64,000 bases of DNA, from contig DHXV01000002.1 in assembly GCA_002415345.1 (NCBI GenBank), positions 76,155 through 140,154 of the forward strand. Reading direction: 5' to 3'. The translations under genes and the position numbers were made by a program. Of the stretch, positions 12,114 through 22,738 are shown one piece after another. The number at the start of each line of letters is the position of its first letter. The stretch's first letter is position 1. The DNA is from Patescibacteria group bacterium UBA5147. Lineage in GTDB: Bacteria; Patescibacteriota; Saccharimonadia; UBA4664. Below the pieces are notes generated by a model. The model searched no databases and was not told the origin of the DNA. It was given only the letters and a program-made list of their open reading frames with translations.

Positions 12114-13328
12114 ATGAATCTATTCGGTGAAATGAATCGGCCGTTGGCCGACAGGGTGAGGCCTCAAACTATCGACGAAGTGATCGGGCAAGGTCAAGTG
12201 GTCGGCGAGGGCCAGTTCCTGCGGACCATCGTGACTAACGGCATTCCGACGTCGCTGATTCTCTGGGGGCCGCCGGGAACCGGCAAGACGACGCTGGCCC
12301 GCATCATCGCGCGAGGCGGGGACTACGCTTTTGAAGAAATCTCCGCCGTTACCAGCGGTTTGCCGGACGTCAAGAAGGTGATCGAACGGTCCAAGGAACG
12401 CCGTCGGGCGGGCCAGACGACGCTGTTGTTCGTCGATGAAATCCATCGGTTCAACAAGGCCCAGCAAGACGCGTTCTTGCCACATATGGAAAACGGCACC
12501 ATCGTGCTGATTGGGGCGACAACCGAGAACCCGTCGTTTGAGGTCATTGGGCCGCTGTTGTCCCGCAGCCGGGTGGTGGTGCTGGAAAAATTAACAGTTC
12601 CACAGCTGGTGGCCATTTTGGACCGCGGGCTAAAGGAATTGGGCGGTCGGGCCATGAAGCCGGACGCCAAACAAATGCTGGCCGAGCTGGCCGGCGGCGA
12701 CGCACGGGTAGCTTTGGGCGGATTGGAAGCCGCCGCTACTCTGACATCGGGTGAAATAACCCTCGAACACGTCAAGCAGGCCATGCAGAAAACCGCACTG
12801 CGCTATGACAAGTCCGGCGAATACCACTACAACCTGATATCGGCTTACATCAAAAGCCTGCGCGGCTCGGCGGTGGACGCCGCTCTTCTGTATCTGGCGC
12901 GCATGCTCGAAAGCGGGGAAGACGCCAAGTTCATTGCCCGGCGGTTGGTGATTTTCGCCTCCGAGGATATCGGTACGGCCGACAACACCATGCTGACGCT
13001 GGCCGTCAGTACGTTCCAAGCCATCGAGCGCATCGGTATGCCCGAAGGCCGCATTATCCTGTCCCAGGCGACAGTGGCTCTGGCATTGGCGCCCAAGAAC
13101 CGCGACGCCTATGACGCCATCGGCCGGGCTATCGGCGCGGTCCAGAGCAATCCGGGCATGGATGTGCCGGCTCACCTCCGTAATGCTCCCACCAAACTCA
13201 TGAAAGAGCTGGAATACGGCAAGGGCTACCAGTGGGAACCGGGTTTTGAGCATCCCGACGGTTTCATGCCGACTCAAGTCCGAGGTCAAAAGTTTTATCG
13301 GCCGCACGACAAGAAATCGTCCAAATAA
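12114..13328 (+). CDS. rarA: Replication-associated recombination protein A (MgsA/RarA, AAA+ ATPase)
   Basis: 404 aa; Walker A GPPGTGKTT, Walker B LFVDEIHRFNK, and the C-terminal MgsA helical domain (KSLRGS...ALLYLARMLESGED). Confidence 0.9.
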   Translation: MNLFGEMNRPLADRVRPQTIDEVIGQGQVVGEGQFLRTIVTNGIPTSLILWGPPGTGKTTLARIIARGGDYAFEEISAVTSGLPDVKKVIERSKERRRAGQTTLLFVDEIHRFNKAQQDAFLPHMENGTIVLIGATTENPSFEVIGPLLSRSRVVVLEKLTVPQLVAILDRGLKELGGRAMKPDAKQMLAELAGGDARVALGGLEAAATLTSGEITLEHVKQAMQKTALRYDKSGEYHYNLISAYIKSLRGSAVDAALLYLARMLESGEDAKFIARRLVIFASEDIGTADNTMLTLAVSTFQAIERIGMPEGRIILSQATVALALAPKNRDAYDAIGRAIGAVQSNPGMDVPAHLRNAPTKLMKELEYGKGYQWEPGFEHPDGFMPTQVRGQKFYRPHDKKSSK

Positions 13329-13353
13329 AATAGCCCTCATAAACAGAGGGCTG

Positions 13354-14001
13354 TTAGGGGTTCCATTCGCGGATGAATTCGCCGCATGCGCGGCAGTATA
13401 GGTCTGCTTCCCGCAGTACCTCATTGAAGTTGCGCCATTCTACGCTTCCCTCACCGGCGCCGCAGTGAGGGCAACCGAACAGGGTATCTCTCTGAAATTG
13501 CGGGGTCGTACCAAGGCGTGCGGGCACTGCCTGATTGATAGCTGCGCCAATAAGTCCGTAAATCTCCCAGTCGTAAACTGCGGTCACCGATTTGACCTTG
13601 TCGTGTTCGCTCATAACATAAATGTAATGAGGGAGTCCGCTCCATTCACCGAAATGAACGACGATTTCATTAATACGGCTTGGGGCTGCCGCTGGACTGT
13701 CGACCAGGATCCGCTCCATAATAAGTCCGATCCCGGTATGGGCGGGATGCTCATTATGCCGCCACGCCCGGATGATCTGCGGGATGCATTCGGCAGTTAG
13801 CGCGGTAAAGGTGTTTTTTCCGCAATGTGAGCAGAACAGTGCCGCTTGACCGAGTCCCAGCATCCCGGTAAACGGAAGCATGAAGTCGTCCGGAGGTGCC
13901 ACACACCATTTGCAGGGTTTCAGCGGTATAGAATCTTTGACGAGTCGTTCGACGGCGATGGCGTCTTGGAGCTGGAAATCCAGGGTGATTAATCCGGTCA
14001 T
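13354..14001 (-). CDS. Cys-rich protein with multiple Zn-ribbon-like CxxC pairs (hypothetical)
   Basis: 215 aa; CKWC, CSHCG, CPHCG, CRACG motifs. Confidence 0.4.
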   Translation of the reverse strand: MTGLITLDFQLQDAIAVERLVKDSIPLKPCKWCVAPPDDFMLPFTGMLGLGQAALFCSHCGKNTFTALTAECIPQIIRAWRHNEHPAHTGIGLIMERILVDSPAAAPSRINEIVVHFGEWSGLPHYIYVMSEHDKVKSVTAVYDWEIYGLIGAAINQAVPARLGTTPQFQRDTLFGCPHCGAGEGSVEWRNFNEVLREADLYCRACGEFIREWNP

Positions 14002-14108
14002 TATGGCCTCCGGTTGATGTTAAAGGACTAATTCCACCCTAGGCGGAATTGTCACGGACTGGTAGCAAATTATTTTGTACTTCACGGATGTGGAGTATCT
14101 TAATACAC

Positions 14109-14768
14109 ATGCACTGGATTGCCCGTCACATCCTGAAGCGGCTGGCTTTTGCCGACCATTTGACCTACTCGGAGCTGAAACCGGATCAGGTTGAAGGCAA
14201 TCTGTTCCAATACTATGCCCGGAGCTTAGAGAAGGAAGGCCTGATAACCCGCGGTGTGGACGGATATGCTCTGACTTCCGCCGGTAAGGCAGTTGTGGCC
14301 GATTTGAGCCAAACCCAGCTCATGCGGCGCCACGAGCAGCCTCAGCCTATGGTGGCGGCTTTTGTCAGGAGAGGAACACAGATTCTGCTGTTCGAATGGA
14401 AGCGCCATCCTTACCGAGGGATGGTCAGTCTGTCCATGGGTCGACACGGAATCGAGATGGATTTGGTTACGGCAGCCGCCGATCAGTTGTTCTGGAAAGC
14501 CGGGCTGGCAGGTACGGCTGAATATATCGGTCAAATTGAATTAATTTCCCACGACGGCGATAATCGCGAGGCGCACACCCTCATTAATGTAGTTGAGTTT
14601 AGCGATGTAGCGGAAGTAGCAGCAACTGATGGTTTGACCGGACAATATTTCTGGTCGGAAATGGACCGGACTAAGACCGATACCTTGGTACCGGGATTCA
14701 GTGAAATTTTGGATTGGTGCAACGATGATGCACGACCGGCGTATTTATTGATCAAAACAACCCGATAG
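14109..14768 (+). CDS. Hypothetical protein, possible winged-helix N-terminus
   Basis: ORF 14049..14768; internal Mets at 14088 and 14109 are plausible starts; LKPDQVEGNLFQYYARSLEKEGLITRG is wHTH-like. Confidence 0.35.
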   Translation: MHWIARHILKRLAFADHLTYSELKPDQVEGNLFQYYARSLEKEGLITRGVDGYALTSAGKAVVADLSQTQLMRRHEQPQPMVAAFVRRGTQILLFEWKRHPYRGMVSLSMGRHGIEMDLVTAAADQLFWKAGLAGTAEYIGQIELISHDGDNREAHTLINVVEFSDVAEVAATDGLTGQYFWSEMDRTKTDTLVPGFSEILDWCNDDARPAYLLIKTTR

Positions 14769-14863
14769 CCCGTTATAGCGTAATTTATTTGGAACATACA
14801 CCAGTACCAACGCAACGCCGTTCGTCATAGGCTAGGAGTAAGCACTATAACGAGGGGAACAGC

Positions 14864-15412
14864 ATGGATTTAACTGACATCAAAATTGCTATTATCGCGA
14901 CGGATTTATTTGAAGAGACCGAGCTGATTGAACCCAAAAAAGCCTTCGAGGAGGCCGGCGCCGAAGTAACGGTCATAGCTCCGGACGAAGGCGATATCCA
15001 GGGGGTGAACCATCACGAAGATGGCCGCAGCGTGGCAGTAGATCAGACGTTGGACGGTGCTGATCCTGCCGATTACGACGCCGTATTTCTGCCCGGGGGC
15101 GTCATGAACGCCGACGCACTTCGGGTAAATCAAAAAGCCCAGGCCTTCGTTCAGGCCATGGACGCCGATGACAAGCCGCTGGGAGTAATTTGCCACGGCT
15201 CATGGCTGCTCGTCGATGCCGGTCTGGTTGACGGCCGCAGTATGACAAGCTCTCACGCCATGGCTGAAGATTTAAAGAATGCCGGGGCCGAGTGGGCGGA
15301 TAAAGAGGTGGTGGTAGATGGCAATTGGGTTTCTTCCCGCAAGCCGGATGACCTGCCGGCCTTTATCCGGGCCTTCATGGAACTTACTGAAGACTCAGCC
15401 GAAGAAGAGTAG
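14864..15412 (+). CDS. DJ-1/PfpI family protein (class I glutamine amidotransferase-like)
   Basis: 182 aa; nucleophile elbow VICHGSWLL, acidic C-terminus. Confidence 0.8.
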   Translation: MDLTDIKIAIIATDLFEETELIEPKKAFEEAGAEVTVIAPDEGDIQGVNHHEDGRSVAVDQTLDGADPADYDAVFLPGGVMNADALRVNQKAQAFVQAMDADDKPLGVICHGSWLLVDAGLVDGRSMTSSHAMAEDLKNAGAEWADKEVVVDGNWVSSRKPDDLPAFIRAFMELTEDSAEEE

Positions 15413-15446
15413 TGTCAAATCATTATTCTTATGCTTTAATATAGCT

Positions 15447-15707
15447 ATGAAGAAATCAACCGGCACCAAACACATCGCCAAAGAAACCGATAGCGTTTAT
15501 TTCTTAAAAATCCTGGTGTTTTTTGTGCTGGGTTCGATTTGGGTCAAATACCACGGCGTCGTAGTTTTCCCCGCCGGTTTGGTTTTAGGGGTAGCCCTGA
15601 CGGCTCACGACCACTTTGCAATTGACCGTAAGGTGGAATACGCGGTCCTTATTGTCTCAGCGCTGCTTACACTCGCCACGGGCTACGTAGTTTTCGTCGT
15701 CGTTTAA
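15447..15707 (+). CDS. Small membrane protein (2-3 TM, hypothetical)
   Basis: Start at the internal ATG 15447 (MKKSTG...) of ORF 15318..15707; hydrophobic. Confidence 0.4.
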   Translation: MKKSTGTKHIAKETDSVYFLKILVFFVLGSIWVKYHGVVVFPAGLVLGVALTAHDHFAIDRKVEYAVLIVSALLTLATGYVVFVVV

Positions 15708-15710
15708 GGC

Positions 15711-15920
15711 TTAGAAGTCTTCGAGGATCGTTTTTAACACGTAGGCCATTGTTGCAGCCATGGCTACGAATTGTAATATATCGATGATGCCACGACCGAC
15801 CGTCATATTTATCGGTAGAAACCCGTAGGCGAAGCTCAGGACAATGACCACGCTCATCAGCAGGCTAAAATTGCTGATGAAGGATTTAGTTCGCGCGCGA
15901 GCCGTAAAGCGGTTATACAT
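15711..15920 (-). CDS. Small membrane protein (2 TM, hypothetical)
   Basis: 69 aa; hydrophobic; convergent with the previous gene. Confidence 0.4.
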   Translation of the reverse strand: MYNRFTARARTKSFISNFSLLMSVVIVLSFAYGFLPINMTVGRGIIDILQFVAMAATMAYVLKTILEDF

Positions 15921-16004
15921 CAGCTCATTCTAGCATATATCACCGCTTATGTCAAGATTTGGGTTCTCTAGGTGACAGTTGCGCCTTTTACCCTGGCCTA
16001 GGTG

Positions 16005-16034
16005 TTGACAGAGCTCAGCCAGATAAGCTATAGT
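16005..16034 (+). promoter_or_regulatory. Sigma70-like promoter for the rplC operon (TTGACA-18-TATAGT)
   Basis: Consensus -35 TTGACA 16005-16010, -10 TATAGT 16029-16034; ~125 nt leader before rplC. Confidence 0.45.
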
Positions 16035-16159
16035 CACATGGTATTTGTTCGCCGCAACTGATGCGGTGCAATCAATCTAGGTAGCAAGCAGGTCTGATAG
16101 ATACCACTTGTAACCTGGAATTTACGTTTGTCGCAGATGTCGCATAACAAGGATCAATC

Positions 16160-16816
16160 ATGAAGGCCCTCCTCGGAATAAAACTCGGCATGACCCAGAT
16201 CTTCAGTGAAGACGGTAACGTTATGCGTCTGACCCTCGTCCAGGCTGGTCCCTGCACGGTGACCCAGGTCAAGACAGTCGACTCGGACGGTTACAACGCC
16301 GTCCAGCTTGGTTTTGGCGACGCCAAACACCAGCCAAAGCCTCAGGCCGGACATCTCAAAGACTCAGGCAGCAATGCTAAGACCATGCAGGAAGTCCGCA
16401 TCGACGACGTCCAGGCCGGCCACCCCAAGGCCAAAGCCCTACAGGCCACGGCTGACGAGGCCATGGCCTTAACGGTCGGGGCGACTATCGACGTCAACTC
16501 GTTCGAGGTCGGCGATGCAGTTCAGGTTACGGGAACTTCCAAAGGCAAGGGCTTTGCCGGTACCATCAAGCGCCACAACTTCTCCCGCGGACCCAAGACC
16601 CACGGTTCCCGCAACTACCGCGCCCCCGGTTCGATCGGCTCCGGTTATCCTGAGCACGTTTTCAAGGGTATGAAAATGGCCGGCCGCATGGGTCACGATC
16701 AGGTTACCGTCAAGGGGCTGAAGGTAATGGTAATTGACGCCGAGCAGAACATCCTGGGTATTTCCGGTGCTATTCCGGGCCCCAAGCGTGGCACAGTAAT
16801 GATTAAGGGATTCTAA
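16160..16816 (+). CDS. rplC: 50S ribosomal protein L3
   Basis: 218 aa; LLGIKLGMTQIF...GKGFAG...RMAGRMG is typical L3. Confidence 0.95.
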   Translation: MKALLGIKLGMTQIFSEDGNVMRLTLVQAGPCTVTQVKTVDSDGYNAVQLGFGDAKHQPKPQAGHLKDSGSNAKTMQEVRIDDVQAGHPKAKALQATADEAMALTVGATIDVNSFEVGDAVQVTGTSKGKGFAGTIKRHNFSRGPKTHGSRNYRAPGSIGSGYPEHVFKGMKMAGRMGHDQVTVKGLKVMVIDAEQNILGISGAIPGPKRGTVMIKGF

Positions 16817-17451
16817 TGGTAAAAGCGGTATCATTCTCCAGGACCGGCACCAAGCAAGAAACAGCTGCCAAGCTTAACGATGCTATCTTCGGTGTCGAGG
16901 CTAACCACGAACTTATCGGGCAGGCATATCGTACGTATATGGCTAACGGCCGCAGTGCCGGTGCCTCTACGCTCAAGCGCGGCGAAGTCAGAGGCGGCGG
17001 TAAGAAGCCATGGCGTCAGAAAGGCACCGGCCGAGCGCGCGTCGGTTCCATTCGTGTGCCTAACTGGCGCGGCGGCGGTGTGGTCTTCGGACCGACCGGC
17101 AACGAAAACTTTACTTTGGCATTCCCGGTCAAGATGAAACGGGCTGCTATTCGCCAGGCATTGAGCCTGCAGGCCACATCCGGCCTGATCAGCGTCATCG
17201 ACGCCTACGAGTCCACCGACGGCAAGGTCAAAGCGACACAGGCTCTGTTGACCAAGCTTGAGCTGGATGGCAATATCCTTCTGGTCGTCAATGAAAAGAC
17301 CGACCTTGTGCTGCGCGCAACTAACAACGTCGCCGGCCTGAACGTCGTCTCCGCAAATTATCTGAACGTATTTACCATCATGAACGCCGATCATATCGTC
17401 TTCACCAAGGACGCGCTTGAGACCGTTGACGGATGGTTGGGAGAGAAATAA
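16816..17451 (+). CDS. rplD: 50S ribosomal protein L4
   Basis: 211 aa; KPWRQKGTGRARVGSIRVPNWRGGGVVFGP is typical L4. Confidence 0.95.
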   Translation: MVKAVSFSRTGTKQETAAKLNDAIFGVEANHELIGQAYRTYMANGRSAGASTLKRGEVRGGGKKPWRQKGTGRARVGSIRVPNWRGGGVVFGPTGNENFTLAFPVKMKRAAIRQALSLQATSGLISVIDAYESTDGKVKATQALLTKLELDGNILLVVNEKTDLVLRATNNVAGLNVVSANYLNVFTIMNADHIVFTKDALETVDGWLGEK

Positions 17452-17731
17452 TGAGCCAGGTAACCCTAACTCCAAAGATCAGCGAGAAGGCAATCGCCCT
17501 CGCCGAACAGAATATCTACGTCTTTGAAGTACCAGTCGGTACCAATAAGATTGAAGTCAAGAAGGCCGTTGAGGCCGCTTTCAAGGTCTCGGTCATCGAC
17601 GTCAACATGGTCGTCGTCAAAGGCAAGCTCAAACGCTTCAAGCAAGTCATGGGCCGCCAGCGTGACACTAAAAAGGCCATGGTCAAGGTTAAAGCCGGTC
17701 AGAGCATAACCCTGTTCGAGGTGGCAAAATA

Positions 17732-17732
<1 letters not shown>
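17451..17732 (+). CDS. rplW: 50S ribosomal protein L23
   Basis: Start ATG at 17451 (MSQVTL...), overlapping the rplD stop; KNKIEVKKAVEAAFKVSV is typical L23. Confidence 0.9.
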
Positions 17733-18583
<851 letters not shown>

Positions 18584-18856
18584 ATGAGTCGTTCACTCAA
18601 AAAAGGACCATACGTAGACGAGCGACTGCAGGGCCGCGTTGAAGCCCTGACGGCCGGTGATAAGACCGTGCTTAAGACTTGGTCGCGTGACAGTACCGTT
18701 TCCCCGGAAATGGTCGGCTTCACGATCGCTGTTCACAACGGTCGCATTCATATGCCGGTCTTCGTCTCGGAAAACATGGTCGGCCACAAGCTCGGTGAGT
18801 TTGCCCCCACCCGTAAGTTCCGTACCCACGGCGGTAAGTTAGCGAAGGGTAAATAA
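18584..18856 (+). CDS. rpsS: 30S ribosomal protein S19
   Basis: 90 aa; SLKKGPYVD...TWSRDSTV...HNGR is typical S19. Confidence 0.95.
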   Translation: MSRSLKKGPYVDERLQGRVEALTAGDKTVLKTWSRDSTVSPEMVGFTIAVHNGRIHMPVFVSENMVGHKLGEFAPTRKFRTHGGKLAKGK

Positions 18857-19320
18857 TGAAGACCAGCGCCACAGCTAAGTTCATTGGGACATCCGCTCGC
18901 AAGACCGGACTTGTCGCTGCCCTTATTCGTGGTCGTCGCGCAATCGACGCCCAGACTATTTTGCGCAATACCGACAAACGCGCGACCATCCCGGTAGGCA
19001 AAGCTTTGGCCAGTGCCATCGCCAACGCCGAGAACAACAACAACTCACGTCTAGCCGACCTCGTTATCGAGAGCATCCTTATCGGACCTGGTCCATCGCT
19101 CAAGCGTTCCCGGCCTCGCGCCAAGGGCAGCTCCTCGGCTATCCTTAAGCGCTCGAGCCACATCACGGTCGTCGTGTCCGACGGTAAGCCGGAAGTATCG
19201 GCCAAGGCCGTCACTGCGCCAGTAGCTTCAACGGAAGCCGCTCCTGCAATCGAGACCAAAACAGCCGACGCTAAGGTTAAAGCGCCTCGCAAGACGGCAG
19301 CTAAGAAGGAGGCTAAATAA
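18856..19320 (+). CDS. rplV: 50S ribosomal protein L22 with Ala/Lys-rich C-terminal extension
   Basis: 154 aa; N-terminal L22 core (ARKTGLVAALIRG...) plus a low-complexity tail. Confidence 0.9.
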   Translation: MKTSATAKFIGTSARKTGLVAALIRGRRAIDAQTILRNTDKRATIPVGKALASAIANAENNNNSRLADLVIESILIGPGPSLKRSRPRAKGSSSAILKRSSHITVVVSDGKPEVSAKAVTAPVASTEAAPAIETKTADAKVKAPRKTAAKKEAK

Positions 19321-19946
19321 TGGGACAGAAAATCAATCCACGCAGCATGCGCCTGCAGATCGACCACGACTGGCAGTCACACTGGTACGCCGACCGCGAT
19401 TACGCGACCTTCCTGATCCAGGACCTCAAGCTGCGTGCCGCCGTCTCCAAGATGCTTAACAAGCGCGCTGGCGTCGCCCGTATCGACATTGAACGTTCAC
19501 CTGGCCAGCTCATCGTTACCATCCATACATCCAAGCCCGGCGTTGTCATCGGCCGCGGCGGTTCCGGTGCCGAAGCCCTCAAGACCATGCTGGCGAAAAT
19601 CGCCCTGGGTCCGGTCAAGGTTTCCATCGAAGAAGTCAAGAAGCCGGAAACCAACGCCATGCTCGTCGCCGAGAACATCGCCGGTCAGCTGGAGCGCCGT
19701 ATATCTTTCCGCCGCGCGATGAAGATGTCAGTTGAAAACGCCATGAAGAGCGGCGCCCTCGGTGCCAAGGTGACCATCGCCGGCCGCCTCAACGGCACGG
19801 AAATGGCTCGTCGCGAGACCGTGACGCAGGGCAGCGTCCCATTGCACACGCTCCGCGCCGACATCGATTACGCCAACGCTCTGGCTCGGACCACTTTCGG
19901 CGTCATCGGCGTCAAGGTCTGGGTCTATAAAGGCACGAAGTTTTAG
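19320..19946 (+). CDS. rpsC: 30S ribosomal protein S3
   Basis: 208 aa; MGQKINP..., KH domain, GRLNGTEMAR motif. Confidence 0.96.
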   Translation: MGQKINPRSMRLQIDHDWQSHWYADRDYATFLIQDLKLRAAVSKMLNKRAGVARIDIERSPGQLIVTIHTSKPGVVIGRGGSGAEALKTMLAKIALGPVKVSIEEVKKPETNAMLVAENIAGQLERRISFRRAMKMSVENAMKSGALGAKVTIAGRLNGTEMARRETVTQGSVPLHTLRADIDYANALARTTFGVIGVKVWVYKGTKF

Positions 19947-19955
19947 GAATTTATT

Positions 19956-20381
19956 ATGTTACTACCAAAGAAAACTAAATACCGCAAGCAAATGAAGCTG
20001 CGCAACAACGGTAACGCCACTCGTGGTACCGAAATTGCGTTCGGCTCATACGGCCTCAAGGCTGAAACCGCCGAGCGCATTACCAGCCGTCAGATCGAGG
20101 CTGCCCGTCGTGCCATGACCCGTTACGTAAAGCGTGGCGGTAAGATCTGGATCCGTATCTTCCCCGATACCCCAATCACCAAGAAGCCGGCCGAAGTCCG
20201 CATGGGTAGCGGTAAGGGTGCAGTCGACCATTACGCTGCCAAGGTTAAGCCCGGCCGCATCATGTTCGAGATGGACGGCGTTACCGAGGAAGTCGCCAAA
20301 GAGGCAATGCGTTTGGCCGCCCACAAGCTGCCGGTCCGCACCCGCTTCATTGTAAAGCACGTCCCGGGAGAGGCAGAATAA
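19956..20381 (+). CDS. rplP: 50S ribosomal protein L16
   Basis: 141 aa; [12 protein letters not shown]...IWIRIFPD is typical L16. Confidence 0.96.
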   Translation: MLLPKKTKYRKQMKLRNNGNATRGTEIAFGSYGLKAETAERITSRQIEAARRAMTRYVKRGGKIWIRIFPDTPITKKPAEVRMGSGKGAVDHYAAKVKPGRIMFEMDGVTEEVAKEAMRLAAHKLPVRTRFIVKHVPGEAE

Positions 20382-20587
20382 TGAAACTTCAAGAGATCAT
20401 CAAGAAAAACGACCAGGAACTAGCCGAGTTGCTATCTGGTGCACGCTCCGACTTGGCCAAGGCCATAATCGACAGCCGTACCAAGGAAATCCGTGACGTC
20501 AAGCAGCTTGGCCGATTAAAGAAAACGGTAGCCCGCGCCCTGACGATCACTCGTGAGCGCGAAATCGCCAAGCAGGAGCAAGCATAA
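20381..20587 (+). CDS. rpmC: 50S ribosomal protein L29
   Basis: 68 aa coiled-coil; position between rplP and rpsQ. Confidence 0.9.
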   Translation: MKLQEIIKKNDQELAELLSGARSDLAKAIIDSRTKEIRDVKQLGRLKKTVARALTITREREIAKQEQA

Positions 20588-20838
20588 TGATACGTACACT
20601 ACGTGGGACGGTTGTCTCCGACAAGATGGACAAGACGGTGGTCGTCGCTGTTTCCACTTTGAAGGAACACCCGATTTACCGCAAGAAATATAAAGTAACG
20701 ACCAAGTTCAAGGCCCACGACGAAAACAACGAGTGCAAAGAGGGCGATCTGGTAGAGATCACCGAGACTCGTCCGATCAGCCGTGACAAGCGTTGGAACG
20801 TGGCCCGCAAGATGTCGGCCAAGGACATGGAGGCGTAA
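20587..20838 (+). CDS. rpsQ: 30S ribosomal protein S17
   Basis: 83 aa; [14 protein letters not shown]...[15 protein letters not shown] is typical S17. Confidence 0.95.
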   Translation: MIRTLRGTVVSDKMDKTVVVAVSTLKEHPIYRKKYKVTTKFKAHDENNECKEGDLVEITETRPISRDKRWNVARKMSAKDMEA

Positions 20839-20839
20839 G

Positions 20840-21208
20840 ATGATTCAAGCTGAAACACGACTCAAAGTTGCCGACAACTCCGGCGCCAAGGACCTCTACT
20901 GCATCAAGGTATTGGGTGGTTCACGCCGCCGTTACGCCGGTGTCGGTGATATCATCACCTGCAGCGTGAAGTCGGCCTTGCCCGGCGCCGCCGTCAAGAA
21001 AAAAGACATCGTCCGGGCGGTCGTCGTCCGTACCATTAAAGAAACCAAGCGCGCCGACGGCTCGAGTATCCGCTTTGACGAGAACGCCGCCGTGCTGATT
21101 ACCAAAGACGGCCAGCCGCGCGGTACCCGTATCTTCGGACCGATTGCCCGCGAGCTGCGCGAAGGCGGTTATATGAAGATAATTTCGCTCGCACCGGAGG
21201 TATTGTAA
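20840..21208 (+). CDS. rplN: 50S ribosomal protein L14
   Basis: Start ATG 20840 ([17 protein letters not shown]); 122 aa; the ORF-track 5' extension is rejected. Confidence 0.96.
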   Translation: MIQAETRLKVADNSGAKDLYCIKVLGGSRRRYAGVGDIITCSVKSALPGAAVKKKDIVRAVVVRTIKETKRADGSSIRFDENAAVLITKDGQPRGTRIFGPIARELREGGYMKIISLAPEVL

Positions 21209-21612
21209 TGAAACTCCGAAAAGAAGATAACGTTATCGTCATCGCCGGTCGCGACAAGGGTAAGACCGGTAAGGTCCTGTCCGTAATCCCGACCGAGAAT
21301 AAGGTGCTGGTCGAGGGGATCAACGTTTCCAAGCGCCACACCAAGCCGACTGAAAAACTCCCACGCGGCGGCATCCTGGATGTCACCAAGGCGATTGACG
21401 CCTCGAAGGTCATGGTAGTTGACCCGACCACCGGCAAGCCGGCTCGCATCGGTTACGCATTTAAGGCTGACGGTACCAAGGAACGAATTTTCAAGGTCAG
21501 CGCCAGCGCCAAGGCATCCGCCAAAAAGGCCAAGCCGGCCGAGAAAAAAACTACAGAGAACAAGACTAAAGAAGCCGAGTCCGACAAGGGCGCTAAGGCA
21601 GGTAAGAAATGA
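21208..21612 (+). CDS. rplX: 50S ribosomal protein L24 with Lys/Ala-rich C-terminal tail
   Basis: KOW motif VIVIAGRDKGKTGKV; 134 aa. Confidence 0.93.
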   Translation: MKLRKEDNVIVIAGRDKGKTGKVLSVIPTENKVLVEGINVSKRHTKPTEKLPRGGILDVTKAIDASKVMVVDPTTGKPARIGYAFKADGTKERIFKVSASAKASAKKAKPAEKKTTENKTKEAESDKGAKAGKK

Positions 21613-22154
21613 CACGTTTTAAAGACAAGTACATAGAAATCGCCGTACCGGCGCTCAAGGAAGAGTTCAAGTACACCAATTCCCATCAAGTACCTCGTAT
21701 CACGAAGGTCGTGGTGAGTGCCGGTGTGGGTCGCGCAGTCGCGGATAGCAAACATCTGGACGCCGTGGCCGAGACTCTTGAGCGCGTCACCGGTCAGCAT
21801 CCTGTAACTACCGTCGCCCGCAAGAGCATCGCGTCGTTCAAGCTGCGTGACGGCAACAAAATCGGAACCACCGTGACGCTTCGCGGCAAGCGGGCTGATG
21901 AGTTCCTGGACCTGTTGGTCAGCGTCGTTCTGCCTCGTATCCGCGACTTCCGCGGTATATCCGATACCGCCTTCGACGATCATGGCAACTATTCGTTGGG
22001 TATCGTCGAGCAGTCGATCTTTCCGCAGATTGCTTTTGAAGACATCGGTACCCCGCACGGACTACAGGTAAATATCGTAACTACGGCAAAGTCGGGAGCT
22101 GAGTGCAAGAAGTTGCTCACACTGATGGGCTTTCCGTTCAGGAGGAACGCGTAA
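21609..22154 (+). CDS. rplE: 50S ribosomal protein L5
   Basis: 181 aa; typical L5 sequence and position. Confidence 0.95.
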   Translation: MTRFKDKYIEIAVPALKEEFKYTNSHQVPRITKVVVSAGVGRAVADSKHLDAVAETLERVTGQHPVTTVARKSIASFKLRDGNKIGTTVTLRGKRADEFLDLLVSVVLPRIRDFRGISDTAFDDHGNYSLGIVEQSIFPQIAFEDIGTPHGLQVNIVTTAKSGAECKKLLTLMGFPFRRNA

Positions 22155-22339
22155 TGGCACGAACTTCAATGATCGTTAAAGCCGCACGTAAGCCGAAGTT
22201 CTCGACTCGAAAAGTGAACCGGTGCCAGGTGTGCGGTCGTCCACATGGTTATATTCGAAAATTTGCGCTCTGCCGTATCTGCTTCCGTGAGTTCGCCTCA
22301 CGCGGTCAGATTCCAGGCGTAACTAAGGCAAGTTGGTAA
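22154..22339 (+). CDS. rpsN: 30S ribosomal protein S14 type Z (zinc-binding)
   Basis: Start ATG 22154; 61 aa; [20 protein letters not shown] zinc ribbon. Confidence 0.93.
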   Translation: MARTSMIVKAARKPKFSTRKVNRCQVCGRPHGYIRKFALCRICFREFASRGQIPGVTKASW

Positions 22340-22350
22340 AGGAGATGGGA

Positions 22351-22737
22351 ATGTTTAACGATTCAATCGCTGATATGCTGACCCGGATCCGCAACGCCGC
22401 CACCGCGCGCCGTACGGACGTGGTCATGCCATATTCGAAGATGCGCGAGTCAATCGCAGTCATCCTCAAAAAGAACGGCTACCTAATCGACTACAAAGTA
22501 GCCGAAGACGGTACCTTCAAAGCCTTGGAAGTAACTCTTCCGAGCGATCCAGAAGTAATCACGGCCCTGATCCGGGTTTCCAAGCCGGGCCGCCGCGTTT
22601 ATGTCGCCAAGAGCGAAATCCCGAGTGTGCTCGGAGGCCGCGGACTGGTAATTCTCTCAACATCAAGCGGTGTCATGACCGGCCGTGAAGCCCGCAAGCA
22701 GGGCCTCGGCGGTGAACTAATCTGTAAGGTATGGTAA
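22351..22737 (+). CDS. rpsH: 30S ribosomal protein S8
   Basis: Start at ATG 22351 (MFNDSIADMLTRIRNA) after GGAG; an alternative ATG lies at 22345. Confidence 0.93.
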   Translation: MFNDSIADMLTRIRNAATARRTDVVMPYSKMRESIAVILKKNGYLIDYKVAEDGTFKALEVTLPSDPEVITALIRVSKPGRRVYVAKSEIPSVLGGRGLVILSTSSGVMTGREARKQGLGGELICKVW

Positions 22738-22738
22738 G

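Noticed and set aside
12120-13424. Antisense ORFs within rarA (12120..12485, 12323..12784, 12630..13424, 12845..13096)
   Set aside because: They overlap a confidently identified AAA+ gene on the opposite strand; no motifs.
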